Source: a virus (lineage: Duplodnaviria; Caudoviricetes). From it: 64,000 nucleotides of DNA. The translations under genes and the position numbers were made by a program. The stretch is from the IMG/VR virus record IMGVR_UViG_2895476258_000012, positions 54 through 64,053 of that record. One strand, given 5' to 3'. A model generated the notes under the pieces. That model did not search any database. It was not told where the DNA came from and was given only the letters and a program-made list of their open reading frames with translations. How positions within the stretch are numbered: position 1 is the stretch's first letter; the number at the start of each line of letters is the position of its first letter. Shown here in pieces: positions 18,508-28,374 of this stretch.

Positions 18508-19866
18508 CTATCGTCGCGGCCCTGCACCGAGTTCAGCGAGCCCCTGACGGAATTGCGCGACCACAGCCGCTTGGGGATACGAGCGCTCCAAGAGGGAAGC
18601 CAGATCTGTGCTTCTGCTAAAGATCGCCGCAGCGTAGCGCGGTGTTGAGATCGCGGCCGATCCGTGAGCGACGGCTTGCTCCGCGTTGCCTAGCCGGGCG
18701 CAGGCGACGCCCAGGTCCAGCGCGGCAATCGCTCGTCTGGTGGGAGACGCCTGCGGGTCCCGTTCGTATACCTGCATGGCTTGCTCAGCGAAGTCGCGGG
18801 CCTGTTCGACGTGGCCGAGCCACAAGCTCGACGTCGCGGCGACCGACCAGACTCGTGCGGCATCAGCGCTGAACAACCCCATCGAGTGTGGTGAGAGGTG
18901 TTCAGCCTGGTCTCGCAACGTCTTCAACATGTCAGAAGCCGGTCCAGAGCGGCCGAGCCGGGCATACCCTCGGACCAGTTGCCCAGTAAGGCGCGCGTGC
19001 GCAGCACTTCCACGAGAGGCTAGGGCCGCACCCTGCTGCGCAGCGCTCAGCGCTTCGTCTGGCCGGTCGGCGTACAAGAGGGTTGTGGCCTCGACATCCC
19101 ACGCCCACGCCACCGCTTCATGATGATCCGCTTCGCCGGCGTGGTGGCGGGCATCAGCAGCGTAGGCGAGCGAAGCACGGGCATCTCCGCGGTCGTGGGC
19201 GGCCCACGCCAGGATCAGCGACAGCCAAGCCGCAGCGATGTACAACTCGCGACGCTGCTTGAGCGTCATACGTAGTTGCAGCAGGTGGGCGACCTGACGG
19301 CGGTCACCGCGTGCCGACCGCCACAGCTCATCTGCGCTGTAGCGGGCGTAGTGGAGCCCGTAATCACCGATGACCTTGTGCAGGTACGCGAGACTGCTCG
19401 GTCCGAGATCAGTCTCCTCGCTGCGGCGGGTCAGCTCGCGCGCCTCGTGTTCAGCGCTCGTGATCAGCAATTCGGGAGTGGCAAGAGCGGCAACACCGAG
19501 ACGCAGAGCGTCACGACGATTCGTAGGATCACCTCCAGGTGCGCGCGGTCGGCGATCTGTCGCGTCCTCCCCATCGTCGCCAGAGTCCTTCACGTCCAGA
19601 GTAGGCAGCGAGTCCGTCGCAGCGACAGAGGGCTGAAACTCCGCAATTCGATCAGACGTCTCACCAGCGTCGTAAGCCGCAATGAGTTCTCCGTCGGCGT
19701 TCGTGGCGGCGTCCAACGCTACGACAATCTCTCTGGACGGCCATTTCCGGTCTTTTTCCAGATCGTCGATATAGCTCTTGCCGACGCTGGCCGACCGGGC
19801 AACATCCCGCAGCGATTGAGAGCCGCGCAGACGCCGCAATGCCTCGCCGAACGTCTCACCAGCCAT
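18508..19866 (-). CDS. XRE-family HTH regulator with helical-repeat C-terminus
   Basis: FGEALRRLRGSQSLRDVARSASVGKSYIDDLEKDRKWPS; RRDALRLG linker. Confidence 0.85.
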   Translation of the reverse strand: MAGETFGEALRRLRGSQSLRDVARSASVGKSYIDDLEKDRKWPSREIVVALDAATNADGELIAAYDAGETSDRIAEFQPSVAATDSLPTLDVKDSGDDGEDATDRRPRAPGGDPTNRRDALRLGVAALATPELLITSAEHEARELTRRSEETDLGPSSLAYLHKVIGDYGLHYARYSADELWRSARGDRRQVAHLLQLRMTLKQRRELYIAAAWLSLILAWAAHDRGDARASLAYAADARHHAGEADHHEAVAWAWDVEATTLLYADRPDEALSAAQQGAALASRGSAAHARLTGQLVRGYARLGRSGPASDMLKTLRDQAEHLSPHSMGLFSADAARVWSVAATSSLWLGHVEQARDFAEQAMQVYERDPQASPTRRAIAALDLGVACARLGNAEQAVAHGSAAISTPRYAAAIFSRSTDLASLLERSYPQAAVVAQFRQGLAELGAGPRR

Positions 19867-20806
19867 ACCGCCGCCACCCGCCTGACCCGTGCCCGCCATG
19901 TCCGCCGTGTCCGCTGATAGGTGGCGGACATGCGGCGGACAGGCGATCTCTAGACCTGACCGTTCGTGGCGACAACGCTACTCCTGAGCGCGCAAACGCC
20001 CTGCTGAATCGGCAGCAAACAATCCCATTCGAGATCAAAAATCGACGCCCCGACCGGTTTTTCCTACCCCATCGGAGATGTTCCACCGTGCTCCCATCTG
20101 ACCTAAACGCCCTACTACCTCCTACGGTTCGCCAGAAAAGCGATGTCCTCTACTCATGGAGAGCACGCGAGAACCGCGATCGGGGCGCGGGCGGCGTGAC
20201 GAGCGAACTGGAGCGGGCCGGCATCCTGCTGCGTGACGCGATGGCCATGTTCGCCCCTGGAGCACGGGGCTGCATTCGCCGCGTGAGCCTCGACCGAGAG
20301 GCCCGTGAGCCGAGCTACCTCGAAGGACCCGTACTGATCGAAGCGCACAACGACCGGAAATCCGGCACCGTCGTATTCGCGGCGAAAGCCAGCGGCTCCC
20401 GCCGCTCACCTGATCGACCCGGACTGGTGGTCGGGACCACGACCGCTCCGGAGGCTGCGAATGCCGCCGCAGCAGCTCCCCTCCCTGCCACCAGCTCTGG
20501 GTCCCCATCCGCGTCCGGCATCCCTCCGTGGCCCATGCCGGGCAGTCCGGTCTCATCCGGGTGAGACCGGCCGTACTACCTCCACCGCCTCCGTGGGTGG
20601 AGAGGGTGGCCAGGACGCGACGCCCTCGTCCGCGTCCTGGCCACCTATGCCTTTCCGCCCTCAACGAGCCCAGCTCAGCAAGCTCGGGAGGGCGGGTCGC
20701 AACCCCGTGGACGGCCAGCCTGTGCTGGAGATTTCCGGCGGTGCGGACAGCGTCGGCCGTCCACGGCCCGCAAGAAACAGCAATTCTCAAAACGAAAGGA
20801 CCAGTC

Positions 20807-21145
20807 ATGGCCGACACGAAAGACAGTTGCGTTCCTCTGGTGCAACGCGTCAACGACCACATCGAGCTTCGAGACCAGAGTCTCGGCGACAAGTCGCCCG
20901 TTCTCGCCGCGTCGCCCGAAGAGTGGAAGGACTTCCTTGCTTCAGTAGAGGACGGGACGCCGAGCGCGGGCGCGGTACGGGCGAGGACCGCCCAGGACGG
21001 CGTGACCACCATCTGGCGCGTCGATGCGTCCGAGGAGCCCTTGACGCTCACGGCCAGTTCCTGGACCCAGTTCGAGGAACACGTCAAGCGCGGCGACTAC
21101 GCCATCGAGAAGCTCCCCCGCCAGGCGGCGGACACGTCCGCCTGA
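20807..21145 (+). CDS. DUF397-like protein (tandem domains)
   Basis: CV.....IELRD....SPVL..SPEEWKDFLASVEDG and LTLTASSWTQFEEHVKRG; RBS GAAAGGA. Confidence 0.65.
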   Translation: MADTKDSCVPLVQRVNDHIELRDQSLGDKSPVLAASPEEWKDFLASVEDGTPSAGAVRARTAQDGVTTIWRVDASEEPLTLTASSWTQFEEHVKRGDYAIEKLPRQAADTSA

Positions 21146-21285
21146 CGTTCGACCTTTCCAGCCTGGCAAGCAGCCCCCGCCTGCCCTACCAGGCTCCCAG
21201 GCCCTGGATGTGCCCGGCATCTGGGGCGCGGAGGGCCGAGGCCGCTGCCTCCTGTCACGGTCTCGGCCCTCTCCAACCGCCCGTG

Positions 21286-22155
21286 TCACAAATAGGAGCG
21301 TCGCGCCCGGATCTCCAACGCGGACGCGCCCGTGGTGGAAGTGGCCGCCGCCGTGACGAGCACCGTCCGGGAATGCGGATCCCCCACAGCAACGGAAGGC
21401 GTGAGGTGCAGCCAACGGAATGCGCTGCCCGGCCCCGTCGCGGAGATCTGCCCGGTCACATCCGTGCCCGCGCTCAAGCTCCACGTGTCCGTGTTCACCA
21501 GCCGGGCCTGCATCTTCCCGCAGTCGATCAGCAGCCGCTCGCCCGCGAGCAGCCCAGAGGACCGCGAAACAACACCGCCCGTCGCCACATCGGTCACGCT
21601 GGGATTCACGGCGGGACCGCTGATCCGCACGAGAGCGTCGACGATCGGACCGGTGCTTCCGGCCAGAGTGGTCACCGGCTGGTTCGGCGCGTTCGCCGAT
21701 CCCGCCCACGTGGTCTCGACCTCGTCCCGCCACACAACGCCGGGCACCTTCACCACAGACGTGAACCGGGCAATGGCCGCGCCGACATTGACCTCCACCT
21801 CGGACGCCGGCTCCACGGTGACGTCGGCGACTCGGACGATGGACCCAGCCTCGTACCGGAGCTGCATCAGCCGATGCCGTACCCCGACCAACGCGGCGAC
21901 GGCCTCCAGGTTGCGTTCCATCTGCTCAAATCCGCCGAACATCCCTGCCGGGGTGTAGCCGTACACGGCGCACGCGAGCGGCAACGTCGTCGCTTCCAAG
22001 TCCAGGCCGTGTATCGGGATCTCGCCGTGACGGCCCGGCACCGTCAACGACACGCCGCGGATGCCCGGCAGCGGGCGACGCTTGGTCCCCAGTTTCAGCC
22101 GCCAGCAGCGGGCCGGGTGATCGAGGGCGACCCCATCGAGCGTGTACGTCGGCAT
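21286..22155 (-). CDS. Distal tail (Dit-like) protein
   Basis: Directly after the tape measure; MPTYTLDGV, SLTVPGRHG, GST.PIVDALVRISGPAVNP. Confidence 0.75.
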   Translation of the reverse strand: MPTYTLDGVALDHPARCWRLKLGTKRRPLPGIRGVSLTVPGRHGEIPIHGLDLEATTLPLACAVYGYTPAGMFGGFEQMERNLEAVAALVGVRHRLMQLRYEAGSIVRVADVTVEPASEVEVNVGAAIARFTSVVKVPGVVWRDEVETTWAGSANAPNQPVTTLAGSTGPIVDALVRISGPAVNPSVTDVATGGVVSRSSGLLAGERLLIDCGKMQARLVNTDTWSLSAGTDVTGQISATGPGSAFRWLHLTPSVAVGDPHSRTVLVTAAATSTTGASALEIRARRSYL

Positions 22156-22180
22156 CGCCACCCCTATTTCTGACATCGCA

Positions 22181-23846
22181 TTAGAGGACGCCGAGCATCC
22201 CGGCGTAGGCCAAGCCGCGATTCACGACGTCGCTCGTGGGTTCGGCGACCGGGTTGATCGAGGTGACCGTGATGTTCACCGGCCCCGCCGTCCGGCCCGC
22301 CCCGGTCGCCGCCCGGCCCGTGGAGCCCAAATGGACGCCCAGTTCGGGCGCGAACGCTCCGCTCAACCGCCGGGCGATGCCGCGCGCGTCGGTCAGCACC
22401 CGCTTGGACTGGCCGAGCATGCCGGCGCTCATACCCATCATCGTGTTCCGACCGATCTCCATGAAGATCCGGCTCGGGCTGGCGATCCCGAGGGCCTGCC
22501 TCACCCAGTCCGGTAGGAGATCGCGGAAGAAGTTCACGATGACCCCGCGGAACCACTCGCCCGCCGCCTGGAGGCCGTGCCACAAGCCTTCGAGCAGCCG
22601 CCACGCGAACGTGCCGATCACCTCGACGAAGGCTGGCCAGCGCAGGAACCAGGGCGTGAATCGCCGCAGTTAGGATCGGGCCGACCTGCTGAGCCAGCAG
22701 CCCAAGCAGCGGCGCCAGCATCCCGACGCCCTCAGCGAGAGCGACCAAAACGGGACCGAGCGCGCCTGCCGCCTGCCCCATCGCGACGAAGATCGCGGTC
22801 AGCGTCTGCTGGCCGGACGCCGAGTTCACCCAGGCGTTCAGCCGGTCCAGGATCGAGCCGAGCACGCCGAGGGCGTCGCCGCCCGCCCGGCGCATCGCCG
22901 CGAAGACTCCCGACAGGACGCCCCACACGTCGAGCGCGACCGAGCCAAGCTGCTTCAGGACGTCGACGGCGCCCTGCATCCAGCCGAGCGCCCGCCCGGA
23001 GTCCGCGGCAGCCGTCAGCCACTCGCCGAACCGAGCCGCCGCCTGCGCGATCCCGGGCGCGAGACTCGCGGAGAAGCCCGCCCCCACCTCGACCAGCCGG
23101 GCCAGCCCGGCGCCGAGCGGCTCGATCGCCACCGACAGGTCGTTGATGATCTGACGGGTGGCGTCGAACACCGCATTCAGAGCGGAGACGGCGACGGACG
23201 AGCGGGCGAACTCCGCCGCTCTCGCGCCGGCCATGCCGAGCGCGTCGGCGACGTTCGCCAGTCCTGAGGTAAGCGGAATCGCTAGCGTCGCCGCCAGTGC
23301 GGAAAGCTGGCCGACCAGCGGGGCGAACAGCGCCTCCTGCACGGTGACGCGGATACCGTCGAGCAGCGGCTTCAGCGAGCGCAGCTCGCGCGCCACCGCC
23401 TGGGCGGCCGGGGCCAGCTTGGCGACGGCCTCCTCGAACTTGGCGGCGTCGTCCCCGAGGGCCGCCGAGAAGGCGTCCTTCACTCCGTACAAAGCGACCG
23501 TGAGAGCGACGAGCGCCGCCGCACCGATAGCGACAGCCCCGGGCAGGGCGGCGACCGCCCCGACCAGAGGGGCGAGGCTTGCGCCGAGCGACACCACGCC
23601 GTTCGCGACGCCTGCCGTCGCCGAGCTGAGCAGCGCCCACTTGGCTGCCGTCACGGTCAACGCGATCCCGAGCCGGGCGGCGTCGGCCACCATCGATGCG
23701 ACCGAGGATGTGAACCTGGCCGCGTGCCGGCCCAGCTCGTCGCCGGAGTTGCGCAGACTGGTCATCGCCCGCCGCAGGTGCAGGCTGAACCGCTTGTCGC
23801 GCAAGTCCAGCGTGACGAAGAGTTCGCCCACGTTGATCGCCACCAC
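22181..23846 (-). pseudogene. Tape measure protein 2, frameshifted near 22630
   Basis: N-terminus INVGELFVTLDL and Ala/Leu helical body in one frame; conserved C-terminus (LGIASPSRIFMEIG...NRGLAY) in the +1 frame from ~22630. Confidence 0.75.
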
Positions 23847-23895
23847 GCACCCCCTTGCGGAGTCGTGCGGAAGGCGGTGGACGGCGGGCGAAGTG

Positions 23896-24456
23896 CTAGA
23901 CGCCCCAGGCCGGAATGGTAACGACGGTCTTACGCGGGTAGTCTGCCATCTGGCTCACGATGATGGCGGGGGGCTGGGCGACCAGATTACCGAGCCCCTG
24001 ACAGAAGCCCCAGAGGTCGATGACGAAGGCTTCCTGGTTCCAGTCGGAAAGCTTGCCGTTGATGGTGCCGGTCTTCCGGCCAGCGACGAGGATGTAGTGG
24101 TTGTCGTGGAGCTTTTTCATCTCGACGACCTCGATGGGGACGGTGAATTTCGGCGCGGTGCTCTTGAGCGCGTAGACGCATAGGTGGGCGAACAGGATGC
24201 ACGTCAGCGGCCGGGTGAGGTCCTGTGCGACGATCTCGCCGCCGGCGACCCAGTACTCGGGAGTGGATTTCCAACGATTGGCCTCGGCGAGGCTCACATT
24301 GTCGTCCGAGGGGTGGCTGAGCGCGATCTTCTTTTCGATCTGCCCGGCGGCCTTGAGGTTCGCCTGGTCCGCTGTCTGATTGATGGGATTGGCGACCTGT
24401 AACTTCGCGTACGAACTCAGCACGTCGCGTGCGACCTGGACATCGCTCATCTGCAT
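23896..24456 (-). CDS. Putative papain-fold Cys-His-Asp enzyme (moron)
   Basis: LTCILFA...DNHYILVAG...FVIDLW; inserted between the two TMP genes. Confidence 0.5.
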   Translation of the reverse strand: MQMSDVQVARDVLSSYAKLQVANPINQTADQANLKAAGQIEKKIALSHPSDDNVSLAEANRWKSTPEYWVAGGEIVAQDLTRPLTCILFAHLCVYALKSTAPKFTVPIEVVEMKKLHDNHYILVAGRKTGTINGKLSDWNQEAFVIDLWGFCQGLGNLVAQPPAIIVSQMADYPRKTVVTIPAWGV

Positions 24457-24686
24457 ACCCCTTCATCGTGCGCGGTGCGTTCCTCGGCCCCCGACGCAAT
24501 TCCGCGTAGACCCCCAATTCTGTGCCTACGCGCCACGACGCTGAGTGTCCACGGACACTCTTAGGTGAAATGCGTGTCCCGCAGGAGTCGTCTTGAGGTC
24601 TGACCTGCGCTCCATCCAGCCCGGCTACCACGATCTGCATCGCCGCGATCGACGAATGGCTGTGAACCCCACTTCTGCAGCACGTT

Positions 24687-26003
24687 CTAAGCGAGTCCCA
24701 ACACGGCCGCGTACTGCAAGCCCCGATTCACCGTCCTGCTGGTGGGCTCAGCCTGCGGGAAGTGGTTGGTGACGTTCACCGTCACCTGGCCGCCCGTCTG
24801 GCTGCCGGTCGCCTGATAGCCGGTCGAACGCAGCTCCGGCGCGAACGAACCCGTGAGCTGTCCCGCGATGCCGCGCGCCGACTTCATCACCGCCGCGGCC
24901 GAACCCACCATGCCGAGACGCAGTCCCGTCATGGCGTTGGCGCCGATGTCCATGAACACGCGGGACGGCGACTTCTGCTTGAGCTGCTTCTTGATCTGGT
25001 TCACCAAGGAGGTGGCGATGTCCTTCATCGCCGCCTCGATCTGCTTCTTTTGGCTGATCAAGCCTGTCAGGAAACCCTTGCCAGCATTTTTGCCTGCGTC
25101 AAACATGGCGTCGGCCGCGTTCTTCCCGGCCTGCTTGGCGGCCTTATCGATCGCGCCAGCGGTGCTGTTGATGGACTTGAACGTCGCGGCATCCGCTTCC
25201 AGCAGTGCTTGCCCGAGTTCGACGCCGCCATCGGGGCCGGCCTCGATGACCTGCGCCATGATGCTCTTGGACAGGCCACGCTTGGCCAGCTTCTTGATCA
25301 CCGAGGCGAAGAGGCGGACGCGCGCCAGCTTCGCCTGCAACCCAGCCTGGATGTTCTCGGCCGTGAGCGGCTTCTGCCCGTCGCCCGAGCCGAGGTTGAG
25401 GCTGGACAGCGACGCCCAGTCGCGAACCTGATCGGAGACTTGGGTGACGTAGGCCATGGCGTCGGCGAGCGTCTTGCCGATCTGCTCGCGCTGCTTGGCC
25501 AGCGCGAACAGCTTGTCGTTATCTGCCTTGACGGCTTCGACCAAGCTGTCCTTGACGCCCTCGCTGATCTTGCCGGATTTGAAGGCGCCCACGACGGCGT
25601 CGGTGAGCTTGCTGGCCGTCTCCTTGATCTTGGACTCTTCGCCCATGAGGCAAGACACGGAGCTGATGAAGCCGTTCCAGGCGTTGACGAACCCGTTCTT
25701 GATGCCAATGACCAGGTCCTTGCCCAGCTCCCACAGCTTCTTGAAGGCGCCGGTGATCGTCTTTCCGAAGTTGCCGACAGCGTCCTTCATGATTGTCAGG
25801 GCGCCCTTGAAGTCGCCCTGGAAGATCTTGACGACGGACACCATGGACGAGCCCATGCGCGTGGCCGCGATCCCGGCGGCGATCATGGCGGCGTGTATGC
25901 CGCTGGCCTGGACCTTGATCCCGGCTGCGGCCTTGCCCAGCGGCCCCGTGAGCTGGTTTCGCAGTTCAAGCGTGGCGTACAGCTCGCCGATCTTCAGCGC
26001 CAC
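24687..26003 (-). CDS. Tape measure protein 1 (short, ~438 aa)
   Basis: RBS AAGGAGG; ALKIGELYATLEL; C-terminus KSPSRVFMDIG...EPTSRTVNRGLQY; follows the tail chaperones. Confidence 0.8.
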   Translation of the reverse strand: MALKIGELYATLELRNQLTGPLGKAAAGIKVQASGIHAAMIAAGIAATRMGSSMVSVVKIFQGDFKGALTIMKDAVGNFGKTITGAFKKLWELGKDLVIGIKNGFVNAWNGFISSVSCLMGEESKIKETASKLTDAVVGAFKSGKISEGVKDSLVEAVKADNDKLFALAKQREQIGKTLADAMAYVTQVSDQVRDWASLSSLNLGSGDGQKPLTAENIQAGLQAKLARVRLFASVIKKLAKRGLSKSIMAQVIEAGPDGGVELGQALLEADAATFKSINSTAGAIDKAAKQAGKNAADAMFDAGKNAGKGFLTGLISQKKQIEAAMKDIATSLVNQIKKQLKQKSPSRVFMDIGANAMTGLRLGMVGSAAAVMKSARGIAGQLTGSFAPELRSTGYQATGSQTGGQVTVNVTNHFPQAEPTSRTVNRGLQYAAVLGLA

Positions 26004-26018
26004 CACCCACACCTCCTT

Positions 26019-26036
26019 GCAAGCGAAAAAGCTTGC
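26019..26036. promoter_or_regulatory. Palindromic operator GCAAGC-N6-GCTTGC
   Basis: Perfect site GCAAGCgaaaaaGCTTGC between the chaperone gene and the TMP1 RBS. Confidence 0.6.
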
Positions 26037-26041
26037 GTTGC

Positions 26042-26295
26042 CTACGGGCGGCGGTCCCCGTCGGGACTGAGCGCACGGCACAGGCGGGTGTCTGCGGCCA
26101 GCAGGCCGAAAATGCGGTTACGCAGCCACCGCCAGGTGCGCGAGGCGAGCAGGCCGGGGGTATCCAGGTCGATGCCGTACTCGCTGTGCAGGTCGGCCTC
26201 GATCAGCGCCCACTGGGACAGCAGCGCCGCCCACGTGACGGCCGAGCCGTCCACCGACAGGCCGTCGTCCGGGTCGTAGTACTCCCTCAGCCCCG
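26042..26295 (-). CDS. Tail assembly chaperone extension (T-like frame)
   Basis: -1 frame overlapping the chaperone 3' end; WAALLSQWALIEADL..EYGIDL..TWRWLRNRIFGLL; start or shift site uncertain. Confidence 0.65.
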
Positions 26296-26694
26296 TCAGT
26301 TCGTCGATCGGGCCGCCGCGCGACCCTTCGCCGCTTCCGGGGCCGCCGCTTCCGGGCCTCGCTCCCAGTAGGCCGCGGCGGCATCCGAACTGCCGGCCAC
26401 CCACATGAACGCGGTCACACCGCAGTGCTTGATCTTCGGCCAGGACACGCCGTCAGCGATCAGCTCGTCATAGACGGGACCGAGGACGCGGCGGTACAGG
26501 TCCAGTTCGCGTACGTCGTCCAGTGCCGCTTCGGGGTTGTCCTTGCCGTTCGCGGCGTCCATCCCGGATTCGGCGAGCGTCTGGCAGTACAGGCCCACCT
26601 CAGCGCTCGGGGCGGGGATCCGGTACAGCTTGCCGCCCACGGGGAGCGACAAGCCGTCGTCGAAGAAGGAGTCGAGGTCTGCGAAGTTCGCCAT
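26296..26694 (-). CDS. Tail assembly chaperone (G-like)
   Basis: Between the tail tube and TMP; LPVGGKLYRIPAPSAEVGL. Confidence 0.75.
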   Translation of the reverse strand: MANFADLDSFFDDGLSLPVGGKLYRIPAPSAEVGLYCQTLAESGMDAANGKDNPEAALDDVRELDLYRRVLGPVYDELIADGVSWPKIKHCGVTAFMWVAGSSDAAAAYWERGPEAAAPEAAKGRAAARSTN

Positions 26695-26697
26695 CGG

Positions 26698-27183
26698 CTA
26701 CGCCACCGGGTTGGTGATCGCGAGCGGCTTGCCCTGGCCGGTCAGTTCACACTCGAAAGGTTCGAGGTCGGTGACCTCTCCGCCCGCGCCCTTGTACTGG
26801 ACGGCCGCCACACCCTCGAACGCGTCCGGGCTGCCATCCTTGCGATACCAGCGCAGATGCGCGTTCGCCGTGATCCCGACGACGAGGCCGGCGGCGCGAA
26901 GGAATTCCTGTCCGGCGTCCGGCACGAACGTGGCCGAAGCGGTGTCACGCTTACGACGACCCTCGATCTCCAGCTTCCAACTGCGCTGGGTGACGACTTC
27001 GCTCGCCCAGCCGTCGCTGTCAAAGTCGCTGTCGTCCTCGGTTTCGCTGTCGAGGCTGAATTCGAGCTTCGTGAGTCCCCGGACGGTAGTCCAGGCCGGA
27101 GTGGTCGTGCTGGAGGTATCGACTTCCAGCGTCCAATCCTTGGCGAGCAGAGAACGCAGCGCCATGATGCCTCCTTGCGGCAT
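26698..27183 (-). CDS. Major tail tube protein
   Basis: WTTVRGLTKLEFS...DFDSDGWASEVVT...FECELTGQGKP. Confidence 0.85.
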   Translation of the reverse strand: MPQGGIMALRSLLAKDWTLEVDTSSTTTPAWTTVRGLTKLEFSLDSETEDDSDFDSDGWASEVVTQRSWKLEIEGRRKRDTASATFVPDAGQEFLRAAGLVVGITANAHLRWYRKDGSPDAFEGVAAVQYKGAGGEVTDLEPFECELTGQGKPLAITNPVA

Positions 27184-27192
27184 GCGAAAACC

Positions 27193-27210
27193 GCAAGCGA
27201 AACCGCTTGC
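27193..27210. promoter_or_regulatory. Palindromic operator GCAAGC-N6-GCTTGC
   Basis: CCGCAAGCGaaacCGCTTGCGG in the gap before the tail tube gene. Confidence 0.6.
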
Positions 27211-27228
27211 GGCAGAGGAATGAGAAGG

Positions 27229-27672
27229 TCAGGGCCGGTGCGGGCTCGGCCGGTACACCATCAGTTCGTAGGAGTCAGCCCGTCCCCAGCGTCCCGAGGA
27301 GTCCCGGTCGAGCGGCGCGACGATGCGCCGCTGCGCCAGCAGCAGCCACACGCCGGTCGAAAGCTGCACGTTGGCCAGGCCGTGGAGTTCGTCGAACAGG
27401 TCGTCGGCCAGGTCGTCGGTGACGCGCGGATCATCGCTGCCCCGGATGCGGGCCTGCATCTGCACGTTGCTGTCCGGCTCGGTGACGTCGTCACCGCCCC
27501 GCCCAGCGCCGTACACGGCAAGCGAGATCGCTTTGTCGGGTGACGACGGCAGGCCGCCGATGGTCAGCGCCGTCTGCGCGGGGGTGTAGAGGCCATCCGG
27601 GTTCCAGTCGGCGACGCCCGCCGCGGCGAGCAGTTCGGCGACGCCGGTCAGCAGGTCACGGGTGAAGCTCAC
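27229..27672 (-). CDS. Tail terminator / minor capsid protein
   Basis: Position in the neck module; MQARIRG..DPR..DDLAD..FDELHG. Confidence 0.7.
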   Translation of the reverse strand: MSFTRDLLTGVAELLAAAGVADWNPDGLYTPAQTALTIGGLPSSPDKAISLAVYGAGRGGDDVTEPDSNVQMQARIRGSDDPRVTDDLADDLFDELHGLANVQLSTGVWLLLAQRRIVAPLDRDSSGRWGRADSYELMVYRPSPHRP

Positions 27673-27693
27673 CGCTCACCCCCGCTCGCGTCA

Positions 27694-28047
27694 TCACCGG
27701 AACGCCCGTCGCAGTTCCGCCGCGATGATGCCGCGCATCAGCTCGGCTTCCTCGTGCAGCGGGTTCTCCAGGTACTTCCAGGTGCGGCCCGGGTCGTGCT
27801 CCAGCTCCTCAACCTCGTGCTGGTACACGCTGTACGGGCTCGAATAGGACACGACGCCCTGAAGCGAGGATTCGTCCACGCCGGCCCACGCGGTGTCGTA
27901 CAGGTCGTAGTTGTCCACCGGGACGCGGGACTGCGACACCGTCTTCAGATGCTGGACCGCCTTGTTCAGGCCTTGTGCGGCAGCCCGCTTCCCTTTCAGT
28001 TCCAGCGCTTCGGGCGACATGTTCGCGTTGAACTCTGCTCGGCTCAC
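27694..28047 (-). CDS. Neck protein (HK97 gp10-like)
   Basis: SRVPVDNYDL...VSYSSPYSVYQHE...WKYLENPL. Confidence 0.7.
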   Translation of the reverse strand: MSRAEFNANMSPEALELKGKRAAAQGLNKAVQHLKTVSQSRVPVDNYDLYDTAWAGVDESSLQGVVSYSSPYSVYQHEVEELEHDPGRTWKYLENPLHEEAELMRGIIAAELRRAFR

Positions 28048-28367
28048 TGGCACACCACCTCCACATGATCGGGAGTTGGCAAGCCGCCGCCGTCGCGCAT
28101 GTACGAGCCGATCACCGTGGTTGTGCGGCCGTTCCGCTTTGCACGCGACCCGGCCGGGATGACAGCCCCGGGCAAAAGGGTCAAGGTCAGTTCCGAGACG
28201 ACCTCGTTCCCTTCTGCGTCGCGCACCATCCGGCGTTCGTCGTCCGCGAGACACGGATACGTGACCGGCGGCCCGTAGACCGGGCCGTACGCGCCGTCCC
28301 CGAGATAGGGCTCGATCACCACTTGGTGGCGCAGCAGCCAGGCTGGAAGTGTCGTCATCGACGTCAC
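28044..28367 (-). CDS. Head closure protein
   Basis: PYLGDGAYGPVYG...RMVRDAEGNEVVSE; neck position. Confidence 0.7.
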   Translation of the reverse strand: MTSMTTLPAWLLRHQVVIEPYLGDGAYGPVYGPPVTYPCLADDERRMVRDAEGNEVVSELTLTLLPGAVIPAGSRAKRNGRTTTVIGSYMRDGGGLPTPDHVEVVCQ

Positions 28368-28374
28368 CCCCAGG

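Noticed and set aside
19839-20564. Gene within the XRE cassette (possible start 20196)
   Set aside because: Low-complexity translation with no recognisable motif; too weak to annotate
22164-22625. C-terminal part of the 560-aa ORF as genuine TMP sequence
   Set aside because: It becomes Arg/Gly/Pro-rich noise; the conserved TMP end lies in another frame
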